A stretch of DNA of 64,000 nt, taken from assembly GCF_002105155.1 (NCBI RefSeq), contig NW_019028980.1, forward strand, positions 558,001 to 622,000, written 5' to 3'. Shown in pieces: positions 28,909 to 41,100 of this stretch. The notes under the pieces were generated by a model. It had not been told where the DNA came from, made no database searches, and was given only the letters and a program-made list of their open reading frames with translations. The translations under genes and the position numbers were made by a program. This DNA is from Lobosporangium transversale. Taxonomy: Eukaryota. Position 1 is the stretch's first letter, and each line of letters starts with the position of its first letter.

Positions 28909-30705
28909 ATGAGCGCTTCATCATCAACGACAACATTGGAGGCCCGTGCAAATGAGGGAGAAGTGGAGCTTGATGATGAAGGAGAAGAGTTTGATCCCGT
29001 TCTCTCTTTCCGTCAGCACCTAGAAGACGACCTGAACGAAAGTGACAATAGTGACGAAGAATCTGCTTTGCAAGTAGGACATAAACGCAAAAGAGTTCAC
29101 CAAGTGAAATTACCAGCTCCTCCAGAGTTTAAGCCGCTGACTAAACCAGAGCATGAAGCATCCATACATCTACCCGAACCTTTTGGTCATGTAGATACTT
29201 CTCCAATCAATCTTTTTCGGCTGTTCTTCTCTGACACAATGGTGAACTCAATAATACTAAATACCAATCTTTACGCCAAAAACAATGGCGCTGACTTCGA
29301 TCATCCATGGAAGGATATTGATCGGGATGAACTAGTGATATGGATTGCATTTACTATTTACCATGGCCTTCACAGGACCATCCCTATCGAAAAATGCTGG
29401 AATCAAGACGCAGAAGAACCCATTCATGAGATTTCAAGATACATGTCAGTTATGCGCTACAAACAGATAAAGAGATGTCTTCATGTTTCTAATACAGACG
29501 ACAGTTCCGACATGTATTTCAGTAACGTAGAACCACTTCTTTCTCACATTCGAGATACATCAAAACAGCTTTACACCCCTTCATCAAATATATCAATCGA
29601 TGAGATGACTGTCCGATTTTCAGGCGGTGTCCACACTGTTGACATAAAGAATAAGTCCACACCAGAAAGTTTCAAGATTTTGTCGCTTTCTGATGCAGGA
29701 TACACGTATACTTTTTTACCGATCTCTCGCATCATTCCTTCCCATGTCACAAAGGTACCCGGCCTCACTCAAACAGGATGCTTAGTTAATCACCTGGCTC
29801 AACAACTGCCATACGCCAGGCTATCATTCAATATTTACATGGATAACTATTTTTCGAGCATCAAACTTTTCCAGCATTTCAGGGACATTGGAATTGGAGC
29901 ATGTGGTGCCGTAAAGGATCAAGAAAGGATTCCCAAGGAACTTCATGTCGATAAAAGAACGAAAGTGGACTGGGACACTCGTTCTGGGGTGGTAAGAGGG
30001 GGGGTACTGGCAGTTTTCTGGCAGGACAATGGTCCAGTGAGGATGTTGACGACAATTCATGGAATAGTTGGCGATGAATGGGAGATACCGATAATCAGAC
30101 GCCGACCACGAGAAACAAGCATTAATTCCACAAAAGTGCAAGCAATATTTGGTGATTCCCTCAGTAGAGAGTTAAAGATCCCAAAGTTGGTGGATGATTA
30201 CAATTACTTCATGGGTGAGGTGGACATCGCTCACCAATTGAGATCAAGCTATGACACTCAACAGCCAACACGAAGGAACTGGATGCCTCTATTCTACTGG
30301 CTTTTGGATACAGCAATCACCAATTCATATCTCATTAGCCGGAAGGCAGGATCCCCTCTTAACCAATATGGATTCCGTCATAACCTTGTTTGGGAGCTTA
30401 TTGCTGCTGTTCACCACAAAGATAGGAACCAACATAAGGCTCCTGAGGATCAACCACGACCAAGAATTACAAAGAACTACAAACTTTCAACCAAGCGCTT
30501 TGCTCGTGGAGATCACTTTGCAGAATGGAGGGAGAGGCGCTCAACCTGCTTCTGGTGCTCCTGGCTGACAGCCCAGCAGATAATAGAAATGAATCACAAA
30601 TCCCCAAATCAGAGTCAAGTGTGGTGCAAAGAATGCAATGTCCCTCTTTGTGTCAATAAGTCTCGCAATTGCTTTTCTTCATATCACTCTCCCAATAGTC
30701 AATAA
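28909..30705 (+). CDS. piggyBac-type transposase / PGBD-like protein, intact 598 aa
   Basis: DDD-type motifs SIDEM, YMDNYFSS and MGEVD; YNYFMGEVD; C-terminal Cys-rich domain CFWC...CKECNVPLC...C...H; intronless. Confidence 0.9.
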   Translation: MSASSSTTTLEARANEGEVELDDEGEEFDPVLSFRQHLEDDLNESDNSDEESALQVGHKRKRVHQVKLPAPPEFKPLTKPEHEASIHLPEPFGHVDTSPINLFRLFFSDTMVNSIILNTNLYAKNNGADFDHPWKDIDRDELVIWIAFTIYHGLHRTIPIEKCWNQDAEEPIHEISRYMSVMRYKQIKRCLHVSNTDDSSDMYFSNVEPLLSHIRDTSKQLYTPSSNISIDEMTVRFSGGVHTVDIKNKSTPESFKILSLSDAGYTYTFLPISRIIPSHVTKVPGLTQTGCLVNHLAQQLPYARLSFNIYMDNYFSSIKLFQHFRDIGIGACGAVKDQERIPKELHVDKRTKVDWDTRSGVVRGGVLAVFWQDNGPVRMLTTIHGIVGDEWEIPIIRRRPRETSINSTKVQAIFGDSLSRELKIPKLVDDYNYFMGEVDIAHQLRSSYDTQQPTRRNWMPLFYWLLDTAITNSYLISRKAGSPLNQYGFRHNLVWELIAAVHHKDRNQHKAPEDQPRPRITKNYKLSTKRFARGDHFAEWRERRSTCFWCSWLTAQQIIEMNHKSPNQSQVWCKECNVPLCVNKSRNCFSSYHSPNSQ

Positions 30706-30717
30706 AATGGGCCGTAC

Positions 30718-30748
<31 letters not shown>

Positions 30749-30859
30749 TAAATAGACGAATTTTGAGTTCTAATCAGACTGATAAATCCAGTCTGATAAA
30801 GCCAGACTCGATTACATATAATTTAGAGATGAACAGCAAAGGGGAAACGCCAACTTTGC

Positions 30860-31700
30860 AGCTGTTTACCCACGCGAAGGAGTCATGTCTCTGAATACGG
30901 TTACTGTGGACTTGGCACGTGTAGCGTGGTCTATAGATCAGCAAGTCTAGTAAACGATTATCAGCATCATTTTGTTTTAAAAACTTTTTTCCATCTAATC
31001 GCTTATTGATTCTGGTATTTGTTGCAGAGCCTAGCGATGGGATGTTGCTGCTATAATCGTTTTTCAACACAACACATAGTATGAGTTGAGCTTTGTTAAG
31101 GCCTAGAGCCAGTAAGTACGCCTTGAATGTCATAGACAAGAGATCTCTTCCTTTAGATAGACTTCTAGATAGCTTCTATGCTTTTATATACGGGCATAAC
31201 GCTGTCTCTTAATACGGCAATGTCACCAGTCTTATCCTAGAGTGCTATCTCCAGGCTAACCTGACTTGAGCAGGATACTATGGTCTAAATTGCTGCTTTC
31301 CATGTATCCGGCAAAGACCTTTCGCTCCTCCAAGCTCCAGCAAAAGGATTTCCTCGGATTCTTGTCGATGGTCATGCAATTCTGCTTTTGCGCTTAGAAA
31401 CTGGCTTCAACACGCGTTTCTTCAGGTCGTTGATGCATTTCTCGGCGACATTCAAGGCTTTTACACGAACTTTCTCATAAAGAACTAGAGTCTGACTAAA
31501 GCACTTGAATCAGATTTTTTTTTTTTTTTAAAGCAATTTCTTTGACTCTGGAGAGAACTTGACTTCAAGGTGTTTAAGCTCATGGTTGATTGCAGTAAAA
31601 GCTAGGGGTGCTGCCCCATCCGGTATTTACTTGCATTGCTTAACACGCTTCTTTGTTGTGTAGAAAAATGGCTGCAAAGCGGATGCGGCTATTGCTCAAA
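30860..31700 (-). pseudogene. decayed XPG/FEN1-like PIN-H3TH gene remnant (probably TE-associated)
   Basis: Broken fragments VKALNVAEKCINDLKKRV, SFCWSLEERK/FAGYM, LRDSVM (DSD-like) and LGLNKAQLILCVVLKNDYSSNIPSLGSAT (H3TH NDY motif), separated by stops and frameshifts. Family assignment is from recollection only. Confidence 0.4.
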
Positions 31701-31984
31701 GCAAGGATACTTGATTAATTTATCGGGCGGTTACAAGGAACAATCCTCCTGTAATAATTCGTTTATCTGATACTTAAGGGCAACTGGATGGCAGTGATGA
31801 AGAAGCGAAGATGGGTGCGCTACCTCAACGAAGTAAGGTGGTTGATACAAAAAAAAAAAAAAAAAAAATTCTTAAAACCACTTCTTGCCATATGCGTGTA
31901 GAATTATCGACGTATGGACATCGACAAGCTTTTAGGGCTATAGCCCAGGACTTTAAAGAAGTTTGTTCTGAAAGGCAAAAAAAA

Positions 31985-32457
31985 CTCTGTCATTTGGTAC
32001 CCGACTTATTGTGCGTGGTCTTACCTCAAGATGCATGGAAGCAGAAGTTATCACAGGCGCTTTAAAAGGAAAAAGAGTGTTTATTCCGCGCATCCCCCTG
32101 ACAACTGCTGATGATGACCAAACATCACCTGTGAAGTTTACACGGTATCAATTCCCCATCAAGCCAGCATTCGCTATGACAATTAACAAGTCGCAGGGGC
32201 AAACTCTTGAGAAGGTGGGTATTTATCTCCCTGCTCCCGTGTTTACTCATGGTCAACTGTATGTTGCACTATCACGCTGCTTCAATCCAAGAGATCTGAG
32301 GGTTTTAATAGACAATGGCATATTTCCTGGGTTTGAAGGTGTTTATACAAGGAACATTGTATGTATACAAGAGCGTTCTCCAATAAGTATAAAAATAAAA
32401 ATAATAAATTATTTTGTTCAAAAATTCACACCTGTGCATCGCACGGGCTACTGCTAG
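31985..32457 (+). mobile_element. Helitron 3' remnant (PIF1 helicase C-terminus plus terminal hairpin/CTAG)
   Basis: GTRLIV...RVFIPRI...RYQFPIKPAFAMTINKSQGQTL...VFTHGQLYVALSR...TRNIV, then hairpin CCTGTGC-ATC-GCACGGG (32431-32447) and CTAG (32454-32457) followed by T. Confidence 0.92.
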
Positions 32458-32644
32458 TTTATTTACTATAATTCCTTCATGCGCATGGCCTGGATTTGTC
32501 ACGTGCACGTGGCGTAATTTCAGCGAGTTTTGAGCTACAATATCTCGGGTCGAAGGTTAAGAAACAAATACCTGCATTTCCCGCATCAAGATCCTGTCAA
32601 AAACTCTCCATTCACATTTCAATCAATACAACCGTCCATCAATC

Positions 32645-33306
32645 ATGAACGCCGCTGTCTTTGCTCGTACCGGAATTCGTGCTCGCGCCACTGTTGGAGC
32701 CACCCCCCTGCGTAGCGGCGCTTACCACTGGACCAATGATAACGGCAAGGTACTAATCTTTATCATCTATTGATCCAAAAAATAAGATGATTTACACGAC
32801 AATCGTGGATCAGACGGGGGGAACCTTTCTCTTGGAATGATCAAAAAAAAAAAAAAAAGACCTCTATATCATTTATCAAGGAGATAATTGGAACAGTATG
32901 ATGATCTTATTCAACGATATCGATATTACTCCAGAGCAGAGTCAGAATAAATGAGTTATCCAGGCGGTACCAGCAATTAAGAACTATCCTCATATATATA
33001 TCCGTTAATGAAGGCCTTTTATTCGTGTTGTCCTCTCCACAACAACGCGACACCAAAAGCAATACTAGGATATAAGAGGATATCGTACACGGCCATGTGA
33101 GGTCTCACTGGACCCTGCATTCAATTTGCTCGCTCTATATGGGAACATCGATTAAAGGCATCAGCCAATATTAGAAGCAAGACATTTGACACAAATGGGA
33201 GGATTAATGGATGTGGGGCAATGAGGCGTAGGAATAGGAGGAGTATTTGTTTATTTACGTGTTGGGCCGACATTGGCTTGAAGAGGAAATATTTATGCAG
33301 GCTTGC

Positions 33307-33344
<38 letters not shown>

Positions 33345-33625
33345 ATTGGTCCTTTATTGGTTTATTGATACGATGATACATTTGACATTAACAAAGTCTC
33401 GCTTCACTTCTTTTTGTTTGACTTGTATTCTATAACTTGGCGTTCCCTTTTTTTCTATTTATTTTTATACTCTTACTATTGTTATTTACAATATATTAGA
33501 ACATCCCCTTCTCAACCAAGAACAAGCCCGCTCTTGCTGTCAAAGTTGTTGCCTACCTCGGCACTGGTTTCGCCCTTCCCTTCGTTTCCGCCTACTGGCA
33601 ACACTACAAGGCCGGTCGTGTTTAA
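32645..33625 (+). CDS. COX7C: cytochrome c oxidase subunit VIIc (yeast Cox8), 2 exons
   Basis: Exon 32645-32749 MNAAVFARTGIRARATVGATPLRSGAYHWTNDNGK (presequence-like) plus exon 33500-33625 NIPFSTKNK...YLGTGFALPFVSAYWQHYK; 750-nt GT-AG intron. Confidence 0.88.
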
Positions 33626-33762
33626 AAATTAGAAAAAGAAAAAAAAAAAATTAGAAAAAACAATTCTCCTCTCAAAATTTATCCACACCCTCCTCTTCTT
33701 TTCCCTACAATTTGATAACGTACACATCTCAAGAAACAATTTCAGTAGAACGTTTGTTTGAA

Positions 33763-33794
<32 letters not shown>

Positions 33795-34098
33795 GAATCG
33801 GCGCTCATTGTATATAAATATCTAGGCATAAAAGTGCGGACGAATCCGGATTTCCGAGGATTGAGATTTGGTGTCAATTTGTGTAACGCTCCCTCCCTCA
33901 AACAGAGGTGAACGATGCATTTTTTTTTTTTTTTTTTTTTTTTAATAAATGATATATTGTACACCTAAAAACTAGTAAAAATGCAATGATATTTTTGTAC
34001 ACTGTCGTACGATGTAGGGCTTTTCTTTTTTTTCTTTTTTGATTACAGGTACCATGTCATAAATAGTAAATGGCAGTAAATTACATGTGCTATTAAGG

Positions 34099-36213
34099 CT
34101 AAGGCTGGGATGCATTCCGTTCCTGTTTCGACCCCAAGCCTTGATGGATAGCAGTGGTGGCGCTCGAAGAAGACGAGGCTGCGTTTATTGTCGTCGCTCC
34201 CACCAAGGTAGTAGACATGGACATCACATCCAAATTTTTCACATTGACCGCCTCATCTTCATTTGCTCCGCTAACTCTTATTTCATTTGTTTGTAACATC
34301 AACTTCGCTTCAGCTTCTGCCTCCGCTTGGGCCTTTGCTTGTGCTTGCGCCAGAGCATGGGCTTGTTGAGCTTGTTGTAGCTCAATTTGCTCTTGTTGCA
34401 GTTGCTGCTGAACGTGCTGTTGTGCCTGTTTGCGGACTTCGTCCTGTTGCATAAACAATCGGCAAGGCTCCTCCACTTTATAATGTCGACACAGTGCATC
34501 CGTTCGTGCAAAAGCCTTTTGACAATTCACACAAACATAGGGCTTCGATCCTGTATGTACACGGATATGACGTTGAAGATCGTGCTTTCGAGAGAACACA
34601 CGTGGGCACAAGTGACAGCCGTATGGCTTCAACGTGTCATGAGACTTGACATGTGCATTCAAGTTAAAGGGACGAGTAAAAGATTTTGAGCATGAAGGAA
34701 TTGGGCAAGGCATAGGCTTGCCTGTCGGATTGGACGTTACAATTGGCACTGCTGTTGATGATCCATTTGCGGGAGACGAAGTTGAGGATGATGGAGTTGA
34801 GGAGGCAGAAGCCTCATCGCCACCAAGTTCACCTCCTGCACCTTCATCGAGGCCGTCAGCATCAAAACTCTCTTCTTCAATCATATCATCGACTTCCTGC
34901 ATTAATGACATATCAAACATGCCAGGGTTCAGCTGCTGAAACTGTTGATGTGAAAACTGGTTCTGCTGTTGCTGTTGCTGAAGCTGGACAGTTGCATCAA
35001 GTTGAAATGAATCAATGTCTTCACTTGGAGATGCGGTGCGATTTTCTCCTGCACTCCCTGCTCCTGACCCTGACCCTGACTGTTCATTAAGTCCTTGAAG
35101 TGTCTTCTCCTCTTGTTCCGAGAGTACCAGTGAGAATGAAGAGTTCATGAAGTTGGCGGTCGACTCTGAGGGTGTACCAAGCGCAGAGCTTTGAGAAGTG
35201 ACAGTGCTCGAACGGGAGCGCGATTTTGGTGCAGGGACCTTAGTCCTCGAAACACGTCTTGCTTTGCCGCCAGTGCTAGCGGCAACTGTTGCTGCTGCTG
35301 TAGCGGACGCTGCTGCTGCTGCTGCTGCTGCCACTGCAGCCGCTCCTGGTGTCCCTGGGATGAGGATCAGACCAGTTTCATATGCTGGCGTTGGTGGAGC
35401 GCTGGCATTCTGTTCCGAATCTGCAGCTGAGCCTTGCCTGAAGGGTGGGATTGGTGACAAGGGAACCAATGAGGGTGACCTCGAGCTAGCGACTGCAGAA
35501 CCTGTGGTCGTCGTATTACTGGCGATAGAAGGCGAAGGCGAGTAAGGAGCCGCAGCATTGCGAGCTGAGACAACGGATGATGCAGAGGTAGGACGTGACC
35601 TTGATTTGGATCCTGCACGTGAACGAGACTTGGGCGTTGTGGGTGTTGAAGGATCTGTAGATGACAGTGGCGGACTCGTGGGCATGAAATTATGATGACC
35701 ATGGTGATGATGCATCATTGGCGGTGGAGGACTATCCAAAAACGAGAACCCATGAGTCGAGGCCGGCAGGGACATAGAGAGCAGTGCGGCAGTCTCTGCG
35801 AGCGTTACTGCTGTATCCACAGACATACTATTGGCTGCTGCTGCTGCGGCAGCGGCAGCGACTGCAGCTGATCCGGCAGGCGAATCCTGCATCATCTCTG
35901 AAAGACTAGCCAATGAAGGGATGGGCGCACTATATGATCCTACAGGCAGTCCCACATGACGTGTTGGCCTCATACTTCCTAAATCACCAGATAGAAATTC
36001 ACTCGGGAAATGCACAGAATGTTGACGGCGACGTAGTGTCTGTTGATGCTGCTGATGCTGCTGAAAAAGCTGTTGCTTTTGCTGCTCCTGGTGAAGGTTT
36101 CGGAGACCAGGTTGTGACTGAGAATGGACGAGCCTATGTGGTCTTTGAGGAGTCATTGGTGGCGTTGTGATTGTGTATCCAGTGGTGTTCAGTGATGGTG
36201 ATTGGAGTTGATC

Positions 36214-36263
<50 letters not shown>

Positions 36264-37056
36264 GATATACATGCTGCGCCTGCGTCATCTGAACAGAGAG
36301 ATCTCCACTGCCAGCTTGAATCTGTCGCTCAAGTCCAAATTGCTCTTGTTGTTGTTGCTGTTGTTGTTGGATCAAGGCTTCGACTGATGGTGTAGGATTT
36401 GTGGTAGAGTATTGATCCCAAACGCCCATTCCTCCCTCATCGCTGCCTCCGCCACTAACATCACCTCCCGTAGTCATGAACATGCTGCCATCCCTGGGTG
36501 GAATGATGATGTTGCCCGAGAAATATTGATGATGAGGTGGAGTTAATGGCTGCTGATGTGTGAAATAGCTTGGCATGGACGATCCCATACTTGGTGAGAA
36601 CGCGCCAGAGGGTGTCATTGCAGGGGGTGATGAATAAAGCGGATTTGCTGAAGAGGAGAAGGATGGATAACCAAAGCTAGATGCATTATTGTCTATAGAT
36701 GAAGGCAAAAGCGTCGAAGAGATTGTAGGAGTTGATGCCAATGTTGTTGTGCCTATTCCTGCTCCCCCTGCCGTTGAGATGTCATATAGACTCTGATTTT
36801 GCGAGGCCAACAGAGGTGTCGTCACAAAATCATATTGCTGTGGCTGTTGTGTAAAGGGTGCCTGTGGGAGCTGTGGTGATTGGAGCTGAAGTTGTGCAAA
36901 GTACTCTCCAGACTCCATCCCAGCCATGATGCTCTCCATAGCAGTCTCCTCGCGGATCTGCTCAAGGTTTTGCTGCTGACCCATTGGTGAGGATTTTTGG
37001 TGTTGATTATTGTATAAAGGTTGTTGTTGTGAAGGTAGGGTTAAAGATGGCTGCAT
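34099..37056 (-). CDS. C2H2 zinc-finger transcription factor, Crz1-like, 985 aa
   Basis: Three fingers CPIPSCSKSFTRPFNLNAHVKSH, CHLCPRVFSRKHDLQRHIRVH and CVNCQKAFARTDALCRH; polyQ/polyA tracts, Ser/Pro-rich region, basic clusters; intronless. Confidence 0.9.
36212..36263. repeat. (TTG)n / (CAA)n microsatellite encoding polyQ
   Basis: About 17 perfect triplets inside the transcription factor CDS. Confidence 0.95.
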
Positions 37057-38068
37057 AATCCAAATTCTTTTCTTCCCGTTTACTTCTTTTTCTAGTTATT
37101 CCTTTTTTTCTTTTTTCTTTTTTTTTTCTTGTGTGCGTTCGATACTCGATCAGAATGAACGAAAGAGGATCGATCGATTTTCTGTTTTGCAGAGGTGGTA
37201 TGCACTCGAACTTTTAATCTTTCAGAGATCCCAATGAGAGAAACCACTTGGGATGTCAAGCAGCAGAACAGGAGAATAGGAGGATAAAATCACACTTAAA
37301 ATTAAACTGGAATTGACTCGAGGTAAGCGGCCGATCGAATGGTGAGACCAAAACTGTTTAGGGAACCGCGTTATTTTTCTCCGCAAAGCCTAAAGTAATG
37401 GAGAAATATCAGAGAATCATGGTAGAGATAAAGGCGCAAGAAGAAAAGAAAAAGGAACAAGAACAGGAAAAGATTTGGTTTAATTAGTTTCATGGTAATC
37501 ATGCTTGTCACCTTCAAAATACAAGAGCTTCATAGGTTCCTGTGTATTCTTAATCTTGGATCCCAAAAACAAGAAAAAAAAAAAAAAAAAAAAGAGTCGG
37601 GTGCATATCTGTATGCGTAAATACAAATGAATGTATTTGTATCATTGAAAAAAAAAAAAAAAAAAAAAAAAAAGGACAAGGAGAACAGCAAACAACAATA
37701 AACAGTAGGCAAGGATAGGATAGGACAGGAGAGGACAAAAGAGACCCACACGTTTTGTGGACACGTCAAGGAAGAGGACAAAACCACCCATGCATCTGAT
37801 AAACAAAAGCAACAACCTAATACAACTACTATCCCAAGCGACTGACCATCCTGTACATCTTTTGATTAGCCAAGTAAACAATTCTATGCAGTAGCATCAA
37901 CATCCATTGCAACGAACCAAAACTCTCTCTCCCTCACTTCAGTTCATCGATCTTGTTAAAAAACAAACAAAGCGGTAATTCGAATGAACGGAGAAAAAAT
38001 AAAAAAAAAGTGTCACAAACAATAGAGAAAACTGTGTAAGACATGTTATCGAGAACAGGTTAAAAGGT

Positions 38069-38133
38069 CTGCTGTATGCACCTGCTGTATGCACCTGCTG
38101 TATGCACCTGCTGTATGTACGTGCTGTATGCAC
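38069..38133. repeat. 13-bp tandem repeat CTGCTGTATGCAC x5
   Basis: Three perfect units and two units with one substitution each. Confidence 0.95.
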
Positions 38134-41100
38134 CTTGAAAGAGATTCAACGGTGCTATTGTAAGATAACAGCCCTGATGTTTTCGCACAAGCGCATGCAC
38201 ACGCATACGCTATTCACATAAAGGAATTTAAGAAGCAATACAATAAATGGAAGGGGAATGAAATCATTTCCTTTCAGAGTAACGATACTTGTCTTTCATC
38301 CCCGATATCAGAGCATTACACTGTATCTCGTTCCCGTCCTTCTCCCCTTAACCTCTTTTCTTTTTTCCCTTTCATTTTCACTTTCCTTTTCTCCCTATTT
38401 TGTGCATTGAAGATCCGTGGGGAGGTAAAGTTAGAAATCACGAAAAATGGCCCGAGAACAGACAATGTGAGCTGTGTAATGATCAATCATGATCGATGGA
38501 ATGGCAGACAACGGTCAAGGGAAGTAAAATGAACCCGAAAGGCACTCACTCATATTACATGATGTGTACAAAACATGCACAAATAGGCATTTGTGTGTGT
38601 ACCCTACCATCCTCACCCAAGAAACATTTTTTTTTTTTTTTTTAGCTCCCTATTACTCCAGCTGGATAACATTGACCATAAATGTTAATAAGAAAACAAA
38701 GCACCATGCTTGTACAATCCCATAATCCACATCCTCACTAAATGAATCCTGAGAAGAAAAAAAAAAAAAAAAAAAAAAAACTTCTCTTCTAGGCAAACCT
38801 TATAAGCTCGACTCTTTGTGCACTCATAGAAATTAAAAGGCATTCAACTTCCCTATTAGTTCATCTCTGTTCCCATCAAACGTTTGTTCAAGAGAAACGA
38901 TGTAATTAACACAGTACAGTATGCTCCCAAAACAATTCAGCTTTACAAACAAATGGGGAAACCTTGTTTTCCTGATGAAGATCCATAGCTTTCTACTAGC
39001 CCATTTCTTCAAAATCTCCAGAAGGATAAATTATAATGCGAAAAAAGGGGGTTCATTGGTGCTTGCCTGGTGTGAACAACATACGATCAGATGAAATAAT
39101 AATAAAGAGACACAAGAAGAGATCTATTGCTCTTTCTGTGGAAATAATATAAAGAAAGCTTTTTTATCATCCTGATATCCCTAATATCTGTACTCGATGC
39201 TAGCTTCATATAAGCTTCCTTTATAACAAACAATTAAACCATGTCTGCAACCACGATAAAAACATTACATTAGAAAACAAATAAAAAAATAAAAAAATAA
39301 AAAAAAAAAAAAAAAAAAAAGTTGGTATGCTTGAAGCAGTAACCCTCGATTACAGCTTCCGAAGAAATTGACTTAATTGTGTTTGTGCGCACGCGTGTGT
39401 GTGTATGAATGTTATTTGTGTGTATTGTTTTGTCTTACTGCGATTGCTGATGATAGTCAAACAAAAGTTGGCGGCAAAAAAATAAAATAAATATAACCAA
39501 TCTCATGACTTTTGACCTTTCTTCTCTCTTTTGAAAGCTAATCAATCTTCTCAACCTCATGACTGTTGTGCTTCGACTATTCACAAAAGAAACCTTTTTA
39601 TTCATTTTCTTTTTTTTTTTTTTTTTTTTTTTTTTTTGCCCCTTCCTTCTTGATAAAATATGCTTCTGTGATCCGCATTGTTCAAACAGTTAAATCCGTC
39701 ACCAAGTGTACACAAGAAATACAACCGAGGAAAAAAAAAAAAAAAAAAAAAAAAGTAACCTCTATTAGATCACTCAATAGTTTCTGAGCATTACTTAAAC
39801 TTTGACTTTACCTTGTTTCTTTTTTGTTCTTTCGATTCTTCTTTCGGAAAAAGCTTGAATCTATGATCGATATCACGATCTTTTTTTAAAAAAAAAAAAA
39901 AAAGATAAAAGTTGACAGGTCACAACAGATTAACTATCATATACAATATAAAAGTTAAGATGGCGTGAGTAAATAGTAAATCTATTCTTCATTTTTACGG
40001 TGTTGCTTTGCTGTTGTTTTGAAACACTTAAACAAATCGATATGAATGTAAGCAGATGAAGGATGATTAAAGCAGAATGATTGCGGTGTTATTCTCCTTG
40101 ACTCTTTATTATTGTTGCTGTTGTTGTTACTGCAGTTGAGATTGTTTATCCCTGAGTAAAAACTTTTCCAAAGCTCGGGTAGTTAAAGGTTTTTTTTTTT
40201 TTTTTTTGACAGATCGTCATACTACATCAGTAAAAAAAAAAAAAAAAAAATATCGAGCCAGAAATAAGATCAAGTTCTTCAAGACCAGCATTTCAAAAAG
40301 GTGTTGTGCTGTGTTTTTTTTTTTTTTTTTTTTTGCTGATCGATCGAAACCACATTATTGCTATAATTGCCACAAAAGAAGGTTGGAAAGGGCAAAGCTG
40401 GTGGCGAGGAACAAAGAGGGGAAAAAAAAGGGTTGGTGCATGGAGAAAGACAGCAGTGTGGCAACTAAACTCACGCACTACTACCCTAATCCATAATGAT
40501 TTTGGCAGAATAGCTTATCACAAGTCTTTGGCTAAAAAAACTCCTATATTTTTTTTTTTTTTTGTTCGTTTGTGCCTTTGAAAGGATACTTACGTTTTGA
40601 GTATCGTTGTTGTCAAGATAAGGAAAATAGGGAAGAGAAAAAAGAGATGAAATGGCAATCAATTGAATAAACGAATTGGTCCTGAATAATGGTGTGCGTC
40701 GTTGGAAATGTCTGTGAGTGAAGTGAATGAATGCGTGGGTATGTTATGTTGTGATATGATATGGTATGGTGTGGTATGCAATATGAAATGCAATCAAGAA
40801 AGGATCGACAGGCCAAGACAAAAAAAAAAAAAAAAAAAAAAAAAAGTAACTTTGACAGTTCAAAAATACAAAAAAGGGGTATGTATGAGAACGAGAAGAA
40901 ATGAGCGAGAGATAGAAAAAGGAACAAAAAGGCGGCTTTTTTTTTTTTTTTTTTCTTTTTTTTGGCAGGAGCGAAGAAGAAGAGAAAAGAAGAAAGAAGA
41001 GAAAAAGAAAATAATAATCGGTTGTTTTTTTTTTTTTGACAATGCAGAAAATAAATAAATATGTGTGGATGAAAATGCTGAGCCAGAGAAGAGGTGTGAT

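Noticed and set aside
30718..30745. Poly(A) just after the piggyBac ORF as a sign of retrocopying
   Set aside because: Similar A-runs occur throughout the window, including in introns.
28769..31780. CCCTTAA ... TTAAGGG as piggyBac ends
   Set aside because: Orientation is the reverse of TTAA-CCC...GGG-TTAA and there is no extended inverted repeat.
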